In this document: positions 48,304-58,478 of the stretch, piece after piece
How positions within the stretch are numbered: position 1 is the stretch's first letter
Layout of the letters: each line of letters begins with the position of its first letter
Source: Candidatus Altiarchaeota archaeon
Lineage (GTDB): Archaea; Altiarchaeota; Altiarchaeia; IMC4; SCGC-AAA252-I15
Direction of reading: 5' to 3'
Assembly (NCBI GenBank): GCA_043800705.1
Contig: JAZDMS010000023.1
Span: forward strand, 32,001-96,000
DNA: 64,000 nucleotides
The notes under the pieces: generated by a model
Told to the model about the DNA's origin: nothing
The model's input: only the letters and a program-made list of their open reading frames with translations
Database searches by the model: none
Program-made: the position numbers and the translations under genes

Positions 48304-48420
48304 GTCTCCGGTTTGAAGTCCCCGGCCTGCAGTCTCCGGTCTACAGTCTTCGATCTTGAAGTCCTGCGAGAATCGAGGACCGGAGACTGAGGGCCCAAGA
48401 CTGAAGATCGAGGGCCGATT
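48304..48420. repeat. Heptamer-periodic imperfect inverted repeat, copy 2
   Basis: gtctccg gtttgaa gtccccg gcctgca gtctccg gtctaca gtcttcg; right arm reverse-complements to gccctcg atcttca gtcttgg gccctca gtctccg gtcctcg. Confidence 0.8.
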
Positions 48421-48449
48421 AGCGGCTGCCGTAAATCGCCGGGCATTTA

Positions 48450-49856
48450 TTGTTTGCTGTCCCCATCATAACTGTGACGAGCACGGTTAGTTCCTCCCAG
48501 GGGGATAGTGACAGGCCCAAGAGGATAGAGCCGATGCCAGACCCCATGGCTGCAAGGACTGCGGAAGGTATGGGCGCCATTTTTGAGGGGCATCCATTCC
48601 GGAACGACTTGATGTGCGTACTTGAGGGACGGACCCAGGTGGGCGCCCAGATAAACACTCTCGCACTTGACCTCCTAAAATTTCCCGAGATCCGGGAGGC
48701 TACCCCCTTCTCAGGAGAGGCTCATCTGTCGCCCCGGGTCTTCGACCGTGTTTGGGATTTTACAGAAGGAAGAGACTTCTCCTGGTTCGACCCCAAGCGG
48801 GAGGATATGCTCTTCATCCTCTCCACAGGCGCAGGCGACGCGATGAGGCGGGCTCTCATAGTCTCGGCATTCCATCAGTCGATCGAGAAGGAAATCAAAA
48901 CCACGAATCCGCTACAGGAGTCGCAGAAAAAGGCGTTGATTGATATGTTCAAGGCCTATGTGTGGGGGCCGTATTTGAGAAACAGGGAGACAAAGGCGCA
49001 TATCATGTATTCATCTAATCCAGGGCTCGTTGATTTGGCGTCTAAAATACACACGCTCAACATCCTGATGGACGGCGTAGAACCCGCACGATTTGGCAGC
49101 CAAACGTCCTACGATATTATGCGCCAGGGGCGACATGACCCGGCGGGGGCCTTTGACGCGGTGTTGGTCGTCGACATCGCAAACAGGGACGACGATGCCA
49201 AATCCCTCTTCGTCGGCCTCTTGGAGAGCATCCGGAACAAAGTCTGCGGGAGGTTCGAACATTTCAAAGAATTGCTGCCTGGCGTGGCTACGGCGAAATC
49301 CCCCTTCTTTACAGACATAGGCCACTCATTCAAGATAGCGACAACAATTTGGGGCATACAGGCGCATATGAATATGGGCTTGAAGCCGTTGGAGCTCAAC
49401 CGCGAATGCAGTCTGCTGGTTGCGGAAAACGACCCATTGGATGCGGCCCTCTTCGCGATGATATGGCACAACAAAGTGAAGAACCTCTCAATGTATGAAA
49501 TATATGACGAATCCCCAGACTCCCCCTACGAAGAGAACGGCATCGTCGCAACCAAAAGGCGTTTCCTAGAGGTGGTAGCCGGGTATACGACCGGAAGCGG
49601 AAAACTCCCGGACCTGGTGATGCTTGACGTGGAGCTCGACGACGGCGCTGATGCAGGCCTTGAACTGGCTAGGGAGCTTAAGGCAAAGTACGGCCGCGGG
49701 ATCAGAATCTGCATGATGTACTCCAGCAACCCGGAGAAGGTGAGGGAGATACAGAAACTCCATGAAGATGGCATCGTGGACCTATTCTGGCACAAGCGGG
49801 ACTTCACGCTGGAGAAGATGGTCGTAGAACTCAACAAGCTGCTCCCGAAGGAATAG
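48450..49856 (+). CDS. Hypothetical protein with C-terminal receiver domain (start uncertain)
   Basis: LLVAEND...PDLVMLDVEL..GLELAREL..ICMMYSS..HKRDF. Confidence 0.7.
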   Translation: MFAVPIITVTSTVSSSQGDSDRPKRIEPMPDPMAARTAEGMGAIFEGHPFRNDLMCVLEGRTQVGAQINTLALDLLKFPEIREATPFSGEAHLSPRVFDRVWDFTEGRDFSWFDPKREDMLFILSTGAGDAMRRALIVSAFHQSIEKEIKTTNPLQESQKKALIDMFKAYVWGPYLRNRETKAHIMYSSNPGLVDLASKIHTLNILMDGVEPARFGSQTSYDIMRQGRHDPAGAFDAVLVVDIANRDDDAKSLFVGLLESIRNKVCGRFEHFKELLPGVATAKSPFFTDIGHSFKIATTIWGIQAHMNMGLKPLELNRECSLLVAENDPLDAALFAMIWHNKVKNLSMYEIYDESPDSPYEENGIVATKRRFLEVVAGYTTGSGKLPDLVMLDVELDDGADAGLELARELKAKYGRGIRICMMYSSNPEKVREIQKLHEDGIVDLFWHKRDFTLEKMVVELNKLLPKE

Positions 49857-49877
49857 GCAATTGCCCCCGGGGCCGCA

Positions 49878-51071
49878 TTATCCTCCTGCGACGAGTGTCG
49901 CCAGGTACATGAGGCCCACTATGTTGCCTACGGTGGCGGTTACGTTCGTGAACGCGACGACGAATAGCAGGCGTACGACCCTGTTTCTGAAGTAGTCGGC
50001 GGTGGTCTTCAGCATCATCAGGTTCTTGAAGTCGACGACCCTCGGCTTACGCATCTTCAATTCGATGAAGCCCGCTATCCAGCCTGTCGCAATGGTCGGG
50101 TGCAGGAACTTCAGGGGGGCGGACACGAACGCGGCGAGCACCGAAAACGGGTGGCCCATGGCCAAGATAGGCCCAACAGCGGATATAGCCCCCGTTAGCA
50201 CGAACCATTTCACGAGCATGTCAGCGGTCATCGTGCCGCCGTTCTGCCTGAGGCCGGCTATCAGCAGGGCTGCGAAGGCCAGGATTATAGCCAAAGACAG
50301 GACGCTTATCCTCTTTTTCTTCTTCGGCTGGACTAGGGTCTGCCCTCCTAGCGTCATCGAGTGGCTGACCAGAACCTTCCCGTCCAGTTCGGCGAGGTTC
50401 CTCTTTATCCCTGCCATATGGCCGGCCCCGACCACGGCAACGACGGTCTTGGCGTCCGTTATATGGAGTATGTGGGCGATGTATTCGTCGCGTTCGTCGA
50501 CGAGCACCTTCTTTATGGACGGCGTCTCCACCGCAAGATCCTCCATGAGCTCGGTGAGTACGTCCTTCTCCTTGAGCCTCTCTATGAGCTCCTTGTCTAT
50601 ATCCTCCCCTTGGACGAAGCCGGAGACGAACCCCCAGAAGAGTTTGGCCTTCTCCTTTAGGCTCATCATGTCCATTGCCCTCTTCAGGGTGACCTTTATG
50701 TCGCGGTCGGCGAGGATCACATTGACTTTCTCCCGCTCGGCTATCTCCACGGCCTTCAGCATCTCAGCACCAGGCTTGACCCCGACGTTTTCCCCTATCT
50801 TTCGCTGGAAATTGGCAAGCAGTATCTGCAGCAGGAACAGGTGGATGCGGTCGGACGATATCACCTCGAGTATGTCGGTCTCCTCCCAGCGCTTCTCCTC
50901 CTTCAGGGCCTGATAGCGCTGCCGGCACAGTTCGACCGCGACAGCGTCGGGCTTGTATTTCGATATCGCCTCCTCGACGGCCCTGACGCTCTCGTCCGAG
51001 ACGTGGGCTGTGCCCACGATTATTATGGTCTTGTCCCTGAAAACTAGCTCCTCGGTCGGCATTCTAGACAC
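49878..51071 (-). CDS. TraB/PrgY (pheromone shutdown) family protein
   Basis: GTAHVS, VAVELC, PGAEM, LADRDI, ERD, VGAGH, C-terminal TMs. Confidence 0.92.
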   Translation of the reverse strand: MSRMPTEELVFRDKTIIIVGTAHVSDESVRAVEEAISKYKPDAVAVELCRQRYQALKEEKRWEETDILEVISSDRIHLFLLQILLANFQRKIGENVGVKPGAEMLKAVEIAEREKVNVILADRDIKVTLKRAMDMMSLKEKAKLFWGFVSGFVQGEDIDKELIERLKEKDVLTELMEDLAVETPSIKKVLVDERDEYIAHILHITDAKTVVAVVGAGHMAGIKRNLAELDGKVLVSHSMTLGGQTLVQPKKKKRISVLSLAIILAFAALLIAGLRQNGGTMTADMLVKWFVLTGAISAVGPILAMGHPFSVLAAFVSAPLKFLHPTIATGWIAGFIELKMRKPRVVDFKNLMMLKTTADYFRNRVVRLLFVVAFTNVTATVGNIVGLMYLATLVAGG

Positions 51072-51720
51072 ACTTCTTTGCGAAGCCGGACATCTGCGAG
51101 GATACGGAGGCCGACGCCTGGCCGCTCAGAATCTTGTATTCTCCGGTCTTCGGGCAGAACAGCATCGGGCACTGGCCGAATGCCGGATTCGACGGGCTGT
51201 ATGTTCCGTAGAAGCATTCGAGGAATCTCATCCCAGGCTCGTCGGACCGTATGGCAAGGTTGAACGGCTGGATGTCGACGCCGGTCCGGATCGAGACCAT
51301 GGATGCGTCGGACTTGAACTTCATCCCGCAGTCGGGGCTGTAGCCGTAATAGGCCTTGTCGGGATCGAATCCGGCAGTCCTCACGCACTCGTATGTCCCG
51401 CTTCTGGGCTTGACGGTCGTAGTCACAGCCGGCTGCGTCGTGACGGTGGCCTGTGTGATCGTGGTCTCTGTGGATTCCCCGTACGATTCGAGGGTTGTCG
51501 TAGTCTCCTCCTCTACGTCTGCCGGTTGTTCCTCGGCGTTTACCTCGTCTGCCTGAACGTCGTCATATCCTCCCCCCTCGTCTGTGTTGGAGATGTCTTC
51601 GACGCCTACATCGTCGGCTGTTGATTTCCCGCCCGTGATGTCCGAGAAGTCCTTCCCCCCGCAACATATGCAGCCGGAGAACATGAGCACGATAGCGAGT
51701 ATGGCGAGCCCTTTCATCAC
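51064..51720 (-). CDS. Secreted/lipoprotein-like hypothetical protein
   Basis: Signal peptide ending SGCICC, acidic Thr-rich linker, Cys-rich C-terminal domain. Confidence 0.7.
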   Translation of the reverse strand: MMKGLAILAIVLMFSGCICCGGKDFSDITGGKSTADDVGVEDISNTDEGGGYDDVQADEVNAEEQPADVEEETTTTLESYGESTETTITQATVTTQPAVTTTVKPRSGTYECVRTAGFDPDKAYYGYSPDCGMKFKSDASMVSIRTGVDIQPFNLAIRSDEPGMRFLECFYGTYSPSNPAFGQCPMLFCPKTGEYKILSGQASASVSSQMSGFAKKCV

Positions 51721-52793
51721 AATTCCCTCACGATACTTACAGTGTCTTTGTCTTTAAGAATATGGCCGAGGCCGACCCGCTGGCCGTCGTGTTTCACAGA
51801 CGCACCCCATACGAGGGCATACCTGAACTTGGCGAGGAAGTCCTTGTGGAGCCTGCCGCACATGTCCCTGATGGTGGAGCCCTCCTTGAGGATCATCGGC
51901 TCTCCGTAGTCGGCCTTCCCCCCCTGGGGCTTCAGGTAGACGCGTATGAACCTGAGCTTGCGGAATATCTCCTCCCTGAGCCTGTCGAGGTTGGTCTTGT
52001 TTGCAGCGGAGATGGGAAGATAATCCCTCGGCAGCCTCATGTCCCCTGCGATGTCCATCTTGTTCACCACGACGACGGACGGGATATACACCCGGTTGCC
52101 CCGGACGGCGTCGACCAGCTCCTCGGCGGTGAGCTCCTGCCTGACGATCACGTCCGCGTTGAGTATGCCGTTTGATACTATCAGCGCCTTCATCTCCTCC
52201 TCGGTCAGCCTCGTCTGCTTGAGCGTGGAATTGATCTTGAGGCCGCCCTTGTCCCTCTTCTTGATCACCACCTCCGGCGGCTTCTTGTCGAGCCTGACGC
52301 CCACGCCCTCCAGCTCATTCTTTATCTCCACCCCGGTCGGTATCCGGTTCGGGTCCAGGACGATGAGGGCGAGCTCGGCGTTCCTGACCATGGACAGGAT
52401 TTCGCGGCCACGGCCCTTCCCCCCCGCAGCACCGGTGATGAGTCCCGGTACGTCCAGGAGCTGGATGCTGACTCCCCCATAGTTCATCATCCCCGGGACG
52501 ACGTCGAGGGTTGTGAACTCGTATGCGGCGACCTTGCTCGTGGCGTTGGTGAGGGCGTTGATGAGCGTGGATTTGCCGACGGAGGGCAGGCCGACGAACA
52601 CAACCGTAGCATGCCCTGTCTTTTTGACACCGAATCCGAGGCCCTTACTCTTCCCTCTCTTGAGTGTGACGTCGCGCTCCTTGAGTTCGGCGATCCTGGC
52701 CTTCAGGAGTCCGATGTGCATCTCGGTGGCCTTGTTCTTCTTGGTCCGGGTTATCTCATCCTCCAGCTCCTTAATCTTCTCCTCATAGGCCAT
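51717..52793 (-). CDS. DRG/Rbg family GTP-binding protein
   Basis: NKATEMH, GLPSVGKST, YEFTT, DVPG, NKMD, C-terminal TGS domain. Confidence 0.95.
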   Translation of the reverse strand: MAYEEKIKELEDEITRTKKNKATEMHIGLLKARIAELKERDVTLKRGKSKGLGFGVKKTGHATVVFVGLPSVGKSTLINALTNATSKVAAYEFTTLDVVPGMMNYGGVSIQLLDVPGLITGAAGGKGRGREILSMVRNAELALIVLDPNRIPTGVEIKNELEGVGVRLDKKPPEVVIKKRDKGGLKINSTLKQTRLTEEEMKALIVSNGILNADVIVRQELTAEELVDAVRGNRVYIPSVVVVNKMDIAGDMRLPRDYLPISAANKTNLDRLREEIFRKLRFIRVYLKPQGGKADYGEPMILKEGSTIRDMCGRLHKDFLAKFRYALVWGASVKHDGQRVGLGHILKDKDTVSIVREL

Positions 52794-52888
52794 GTAAACA
52801 ACTAGAATAAGGAGAAACGGCTAAAAAACGGGAAGATATGGGAATACCATCCTTTAGGTTAAAAGGTGCCGACGTCTTATAATTGCTC

Positions 52889-53935
52889 ATGGGCTGGTTC
52901 GGGTCTAGGCTGCTGACTGCTGTCGGATTCATGGCCTTTTCCGCTTTGCTTTGGCATCTGCTTGCAGGCTTCAGTTACAGGCTCATGTTCGCGGCAGTGC
53001 CTGTCCTTTTCGCGGTGCAGATTACGCTATGCGACGCACTGGAGGGGATCGTCATGTCCAAGGTGGGCTGGCGGACCAAATGGTTCACTCTCATCATCGC
53101 TCCGGGGACCATACTCCACGAACTCTGCCACCTCTTTGCGGCGCTGGCGACAGGCTGCACGGTGACGAAGGCCGCCCTCTTCCGGCCCAATCCCTCCACC
53201 GGGGTCCTGGGATACGTCGCATACACCCAACCCGACGACCGCCTCGTCGTCTTCAGGGAGTTCCTCGTCGGCTTCGCCCCGTTCTTCGGCTGCGGGCTTC
53301 TCCTGGTCGCAGTCGGCGGAATGTCCGGATTCGACGCCCTCTCGTTCATGGACGCGGCGCCGATCCCCGACGTCGGAGGATTCGCGGACATGGCGCAGAG
53401 GATGGCCTCATCGGCGACATCATCACTTTCCGGCCTAGACCTGTCGAAGCCTTCGGTGTGGTTCCTCATCTATCTGCAGATGTGTTTCACGTTCGGGGCC
53501 GCGCCCAGCACCGTGGATTTCAAGGGCGCATTATCTTCGCTGTACCGGCACATCGTCAGCGCGGCCGTCTTCCTGGCGTTTGCCGCATTCGTCGTCCTGG
53601 CTTCGCAGAATCGGCTGGGCCTCGGGGGGTACGAGGATTTCGTCCAGTCCGCCATAGGAGCCTTCCTGGGGTTCACGCTCGTCGTCATGACGTTGTCCTG
53701 CCTCCTTATGGCGGCGATCCTTCCCGTGCTGTATTTCGCGGTGAAGGTCCTGGAGCTGGAGGGAACGAGCAAGACAATACCCCTCACCGCCGGCTTCCTC
53801 GCCTGCTACTACGGAAATATGGAGTACGGACGGGATGCGGGACTCGCAGCTGCAGCATGCGTTTCGGTCGTGGCGTACCTACTCCTCAGATGGACGAACA
53901 AGCCCGCCACAAGGAAAGGCCGGGGGAAATCCTAG
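52889..53935 (+). CDS. Membrane metallopeptidase-like protein (M50-like HExxH)
   Basis: PGTILHELCH, GYV, FAP, APSTVD in a multi-TM protein. Confidence 0.7.
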   Translation: MGWFGSRLLTAVGFMAFSALLWHLLAGFSYRLMFAAVPVLFAVQITLCDALEGIVMSKVGWRTKWFTLIIAPGTILHELCHLFAALATGCTVTKAALFRPNPSTGVLGYVAYTQPDDRLVVFREFLVGFAPFFGCGLLLVAVGGMSGFDALSFMDAAPIPDVGGFADMAQRMASSATSSLSGLDLSKPSVWFLIYLQMCFTFGAAPSTVDFKGALSSLYRHIVSAAVFLAFAAFVVLASQNRLGLGGYEDFVQSAIGAFLGFTLVVMTLSCLLMAAILPVLYFAVKVLELEGTSKTIPLTAGFLACYYGNMEYGRDAGLAAAACVSVVAYLLLRWTNKPATRKGRGKS

Positions 53936-55869
53936 CCGGTTCTTTTACGTTTTGGATCCCTCAAGACGATTGCTGCCGCGCCCGCCAGAGCTATCATTGC
54001 CGGGATCTTCAGGGCGATGCTTCCGTCCTCCAACCTCTCCAGTTCGGCTAAAACGTCCTTTCCGGAACGGCATACGGCGCCGAACATGGGCGGCGAGTAT
54101 CCTCCCCTCCCGTCTTTGAACAGGTTCCTTTCGAACGTGTCCTTCAGCGTGTTGGTCGCCACGAATTCGTCCAGGCTGCAGACCCTGTCGAAGACGGATT
54201 CGATATATGCCTTCGCGTCTTGCCCCAGCTGTATGCAGTATTTCGGGTTCCTGAAATAGAACGTCGTCACCTGGTTGCCTATCCTCATCCTGCTGAACTT
54301 CGGCAGGTATACCGTGCAGCCTTCGCTCATCTTGTCCTTGTCGGCTTTGGCAAGCACGCGCCAGAGGTGGGTCTTCGTCTGCGAGGGGCCTATGTACGTC
54401 CCGAAGTACCTGTCGGCTTCGATTCCCTGGGCGAGGGCGGTCTCCCTGTCGTTCAACGTGTACGGGAGGTTGCGGTTGTCGACCATCCCGTATTCCAGCA
54501 GGGCGGGCGTGAAATAGTCCATGGACAGGTCGATCTGGGGGGCGCTCGTCCAGTCCACCTGCGCCATGTCGGTTTTCGTGTCGGCGTCGCGGAGTATGTT
54601 GTACATTCCCCAGTCCGCCAGCACAGGGCCGTCGTTTTTCGGCAGAAGCCTGTACACTCCGTCGACGAGGCTCCTCAGTTCCTCCACATCGTTCAGCAGG
54701 TTCCCTTTACCGTTCAGCTGGATATACGACCACTCCCTGAATGTCGTTCCCTGATGGGGCTTCAATCCCCCGAAGAACAATGCGGCCACGACGATGATGG
54801 CGCACATCGCCGTCATCTTGCGCTCCGGCAGCCTGCATGCCGCCCTGCCGACGATTATGAAGAGGAAAAAAACGGGGAAGATGACATAGTAGGATTCCAA
54901 TGTGCTGTCCATGAAGTAGCCGTACATAGTGCCCCTCGTTATCGTGCCCATGAAGGACGAGACCGCATACGCAGCTGCAACCTCGTCGCCGGTGCGGATG
55001 TAGTATGCGACCGCGGCTGCAAGAAGGAGATAGAATATCAGGATGTCCGGGTTACCGACCGGATTTGTAGTCACGACGACAAAAAGTGTCTGCAGGAACG
55101 TCGAATGCGCGGGCTTGATCTGCGAGAATATCGTGTAGACCAGTATGTTCGGAAATATCAGAACCATGATTCCCACACCGATGGCTATCGGCGCCGCAAA
55201 TGTTGCCCCAGCTTTGACGAGCGGCCCCCACAAGATCCGCCTCTTTTTCGGGTCGTATGCCTTTTTTCCGACAATCAGCATAAGGGCGATAAAAAGGCCA
55301 GCGACCGCCGACAAGACGCTTGCCTTGGATGCTAGGGCGAGAAGCAGCATCGTCGAAGATGCCGCGACGGCCTTCAATCCACTGTGGGTGAAGAGGATAT
55401 ACGTCCCGATCATCATGAAGAAGCATGCGAGCATAGTGGCGAGGTCCCCTCTGGAGCTGCCCCAATCAATCTGCTGGGGGGTCAGTATCAGGGCATAGGC
55501 CGCAGCCAACGCGATGGCGAGGGACGGCCTCTTCGGTTTGACGAGGCGCAGGATCAGGAACAGGCAGCAGGTATGCAGGATCATTGTCAGGATGTACGCG
55601 AACATCTGCATCTTCCCCACGTCTGCCAGCCTGAAGGCGAGACCGACGAGGTACGTCATCGGAGGCTGTATGCATTCGGACCTGCCGCCTCCGTAGAGGG
55701 TGCCTTTCTGCAGGAATTCGGTGCACTGGTACCAGCGGACCTGATAGGCCTGCGACCTGAATTCGGTCATATAATAGTAGCTGGAAAACACGAACAGGAT
55801 AGAGACGATCGCCCAAAGGCGCATATCGATCGCCGGGTTATTGGCGGACTTTTTTTGCCTGGCCATCAT
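53932..55869 (-). CDS. Polytopic membrane protein, GT-C glycosyltransferase-like
   Basis: QPP motif after TM1, RGD, ASK, ~11 TM plus extracellular domain and C-terminal anchor. Confidence 0.6.
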   Translation of the reverse strand: MMARQKKSANNPAIDMRLWAIVSILFVFSSYYYMTEFRSQAYQVRWYQCTEFLQKGTLYGGGRSECIQPPMTYLVGLAFRLADVGKMQMFAYILTMILHTCCLFLILRLVKPKRPSLAIALAAAYALILTPQQIDWGSSRGDLATMLACFFMMIGTYILFTHSGLKAVAASSTMLLLALASKASVLSAVAGLFIALMLIVGKKAYDPKKRRILWGPLVKAGATFAAPIAIGVGIMVLIFPNILVYTIFSQIKPAHSTFLQTLFVVVTTNPVGNPDILIFYLLLAAAVAYYIRTGDEVAAAYAVSSFMGTITRGTMYGYFMDSTLESYYVIFPVFFLFIIVGRAACRLPERKMTAMCAIIVVAALFFGGLKPHQGTTFREWSYIQLNGKGNLLNDVEELRSLVDGVYRLLPKNDGPVLADWGMYNILRDADTKTDMAQVDWTSAPQIDLSMDYFTPALLEYGMVDNRNLPYTLNDRETALAQGIEADRYFGTYIGPSQTKTHLWRVLAKADKDKMSEGCTVYLPKFSRMRIGNQVTTFYFRNPKYCIQLGQDAKAYIESVFDRVCSLDEFVATNTLKDTFERNLFKDGRGGYSPPMFGAVCRSGKDVLAELERLEDGSIALKIPAMIALAGAAAIVLRDPKRKRTG

Positions 55870-55901
55870 TATACCCATATAACCATAATCTAAATTCCTG
55901 C

Positions 55902-56669
55902 TCAGACAATCCTCCCCTCGCCCGGGGGCATCATCCTCTGTATGTCGTCTAGTTCCGCCTCCATGAGTTTCAGCTTTATCTTCTTCGCCAATGCGCCCTG
56001 CGGGACGTCTCCGACTCCCAATATCACGTATTCCTTCGTCTTGGCTGCTATGGCCTCCTTCGGGCCTCCGATGACCTGTCCGCCGACTAACCCCACAGCG
56101 GCCTCTAACCTGACTCCCTTGTGCCATGTCTTTTCGCCGTATACCATGAAGGCGCCTTTGGGCAGGTATTCGCCGGCTGGCGGGCTCTTTGATATCTGTT
56201 CCGGCCTGACGCTGTAAACGTCTGCGGCTCCGCGACCGCTCGCCCATGCCTTACTGTATGAGGCTGACGCGGTCGCCGCCTGCTCGACCGTCGCCTGCGG
56301 CACCTCCTTGCCTTCGGGGTTCTTGACGACGAAAAACGGCGCGCCCTGCACGTTGGCGTGGAATACACTGTCCCTGGGCTCCAGGTGCTTCTTGATGAGT
56401 ATCTCGTTGGATGTGGCGTCTTTGCCGCCTATCACGAGAAATCCGTCCGACGAGTCGAACCAGCGGAACTTCTCATACCACCTCCTCTCAACCCTCTTCC
56501 TCATCTTCGGCTGCTCGTGGACCTCTTCGGCGACGGACTCCAGCTTCCTCTTCGAGTCCGCTATCGCCTTCTGCATCCCCTCTAGTTTGCCCCTGTATTT
56601 CTTCGCCTGATCGTAGCACTCCTTGGCGTTGTCTGGGACGCTTTTCCGAAGGTCTATGACGACTTCCAT
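55902..56669 (-). CDS. NFACT RNA-binding domain protein (short Rqc2-like)
   Basis: NAKECYDQAKK, WYEKFRWF, GGKDATSNE, FHANVQGAP, GEYLPKGAFMVYG. Confidence 0.9.
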   Translation of the reverse strand: MEVVIDLRKSVPDNAKECYDQAKKYRGKLEGMQKAIADSKRKLESVAEEVHEQPKMRKRVERRWYEKFRWFDSSDGFLVIGGKDATSNEILIKKHLEPRDSVFHANVQGAPFFVVKNPEGKEVPQATVEQAATASASYSKAWASGRGAADVYSVRPEQISKSPPAGEYLPKGAFMVYGEKTWHKGVRLEAAVGLVGGQVIGGPKEAIAAKTKEYVILGVGDVPQGALAKKIKLKLMEAELDDIQRMMPPGEGRIV

Positions 56670-56707
56670 GGTATAGGATAAATACGGGCCCGGCAATATA
56701 TTCCCCC

Positions 56708-56989
56708 ATGGGGAAGAATCCTTGGATCGCTGCGGGCCTGAGCCTGTTGTTTGGCGGACTCGGCCAGTTCTACGTCGGCGACTGGCTGAAGGGGCTGGCG
56801 TTTCTGGTCATGGATTTTGCGACAGGATACGTCTACCTCCATGTGAACGCCGAGCTCGGGGCGGCGGCAAATATCGTTGTCGGGGTGGTCGCAATAACCG
56901 ACGCATACAACGGTGCGAAGAGGAAGAATGCAGGCGCTCCGGCTCCGAAGGCAGCGGAGCATGTACACCCCCCGCTCAGGGTCTTTTAG
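56708..56989 (+). CDS. Small membrane protein (TM2-like motif)
   Basis: KNPWIAAGLSLLFGGLGQFYVG...DAY. Confidence 0.75.
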   Translation: MGKNPWIAAGLSLLFGGLGQFYVGDWLKGLAFLVMDFATGYVYLHVNAELGAAANIVVGVVAITDAYNGAKRKNAGAPAPKAAEHVHPPLRVF

Positions 56990-57617
56990 CCTTTCTGTGG
57001 TTCATGAATTCCATGAACGGCGGGATGAGGGATACGAATATTATCGCGAATATCACGAGCGTGAAGTTGTCCCTGACGACCGGCATGTTCCCGAAGAAGT
57101 ATCCCGCGAATATGAATATGGCGTTCCAGAGTATTCCGCCGACAAGGTTGTAGGTCAGGAAGACCGGATACCTCATGCTCCCTATGCCCGCCACGAACGG
57201 TGCGAAAGTCCTGATAATGGGCACGAACCTTGCGAGGATTATGGTCTTGCCCCCGTGCCTCTCGTAGAACCTCTCCGTCCTCTCGAGGTACTCCTTGTTT
57301 ATCAGGCGCCTGCCCTCCCACTTCAGGTTGGGGCCGACGTATTTCCCGGCCCAGTAGTTGACGGTGTCGCCGATAATGGATGCGACCGTCAAGACGATGA
57401 ACAGCCAGAACACGTTGAAGGAGCCCGTTGCCGCGAACGCCCCAGCCGTGAAAAGGAGCGAGTCACCGGGCAGGAAAGGCATTATCACGAGCCCAGTCTC
57501 ACAGAAGATGATAAGAAATAGGATGATGTATGTCCAGGCACCAAACTCCTGTATCAGCTGCCCGAGATGCCTGTCCAGGTGGATTATGAAATCCACGAAC
57601 CAGGACAGGATATCCAT
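56976..57617 (-). CDS. dedA: DedA family membrane protein
   Basis: ETGLVIMPFLPGDSLLF, GDTVNY, ARFVPIIRTFAPFVAG. Confidence 0.95.
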   Translation of the reverse strand: MDILSWFVDFIIHLDRHLGQLIQEFGAWTYIILFLIIFCETGLVIMPFLPGDSLLFTAGAFAATGSFNVFWLFIVLTVASIIGDTVNYWAGKYVGPNLKWEGRRLINKEYLERTERFYERHGGKTIILARFVPIIRTFAPFVAGIGSMRYPVFLTYNLVGGILWNAIFIFAGYFFGNMPVVRDNFTLVIFAIIFVSLIPPFMEFMNHRKAKRP

Positions 57618-57620
57618 GGC

Positions 57621-58478
57621 CTACTCCTTCTTGTCAAGTTCGGCCTGCAGTTCAGGAGGCAGGACGCTCTTCACAGACTTCGCCGCCGCGTCGGCCCTGG
57701 CGAGGTAGATCCCGATGGTCTCCTTGTTGACGATCTTCGCGTTGATCATCAGGTTCCTCGTCTTGACCACTGCGTCGGCTATCATGTACGGCATCACCGC
57801 CTTGCTGTAGACCTTTGCGTTGACTGCGAGGTTCAGCGCCTTCAGGTGGGCGTCAGCGATCTTAGCCTTAGTCTCCTCCTCGTCTGTGTGGAGGATGTCT
57901 CCGGAGTATACCATCTCGCCATCGTATGCGGCGGCTACTTTGAGGATTATCTCCATCGGCTCTACGCCGAGCCTTGCGAGGACCGCAGACACCTTGTCGT
58001 TGACTACCTGGCCCTGCTTGACAAGGAGCGAATCCTCCGTGACCGTGATCTTGCCGGACTGTATCTTCGCCTTGACGCCCGCCCCTTGCAGGTCGCCGAT
58101 TATAGGTCCTGCAGGCAGTCCGGTGTCGCCTGCGGGGACTATGAGGTCGAAGGGCGCGATGCTTCCCGGCTTTGCGGGGGCCCTCGTCTTGCAGCCGTAT
58201 ATCATCTTCTCCAGCTGGAACGGGTTCAGGTCGGAGAATACGATGCCTGAGGGGCCTGCGACGTACTCGTCCATGCCCTTTATCCCGGCCTTGCCGAGCG
58301 CCTTCTTTATGAGGGTGGAGCGTGCTACGAATATGTCAGCCTTCCCCTTGAATTGCCTCTTCATGTTCTGCATCTGCTTCGAAGGGACGCTCTTGATGCT
58401 TACGATGCCCACCGTCTTGTGGGCCTTGATCTTCTTAGAGAACCGGTCGACCGTGTCCTTCTTCCACGTCGCTACCAT
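57621..58478 (-). CDS. rplP0: 50S ribosomal protein uL10/P0 (C-terminally short)
   Basis: WKK, QMQ, NPFQL, APAKPG, GDTGLPAGPII. Confidence 0.92.
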   Translation of the reverse strand: MVATWKKDTVDRFSKKIKAHKTVGIVSIKSVPSKQMQNMKRQFKGKADIFVARSTLIKKALGKAGIKGMDEYVAGPSGIVFSDLNPFQLEKMIYGCKTRAPAKPGSIAPFDLIVPAGDTGLPAGPIIGDLQGAGVKAKIQSGKITVTEDSLLVKQGQVVNDKVSAVLARLGVEPMEIILKVAAAYDGEMVYSGDILHTDEEETKAKIADAHLKALNLAVNAKVYSKAVMPYMIADAVVKTRNLMINAKIVNKETIGIYLARADAAAKSVKSVLPPELQAELDKKE

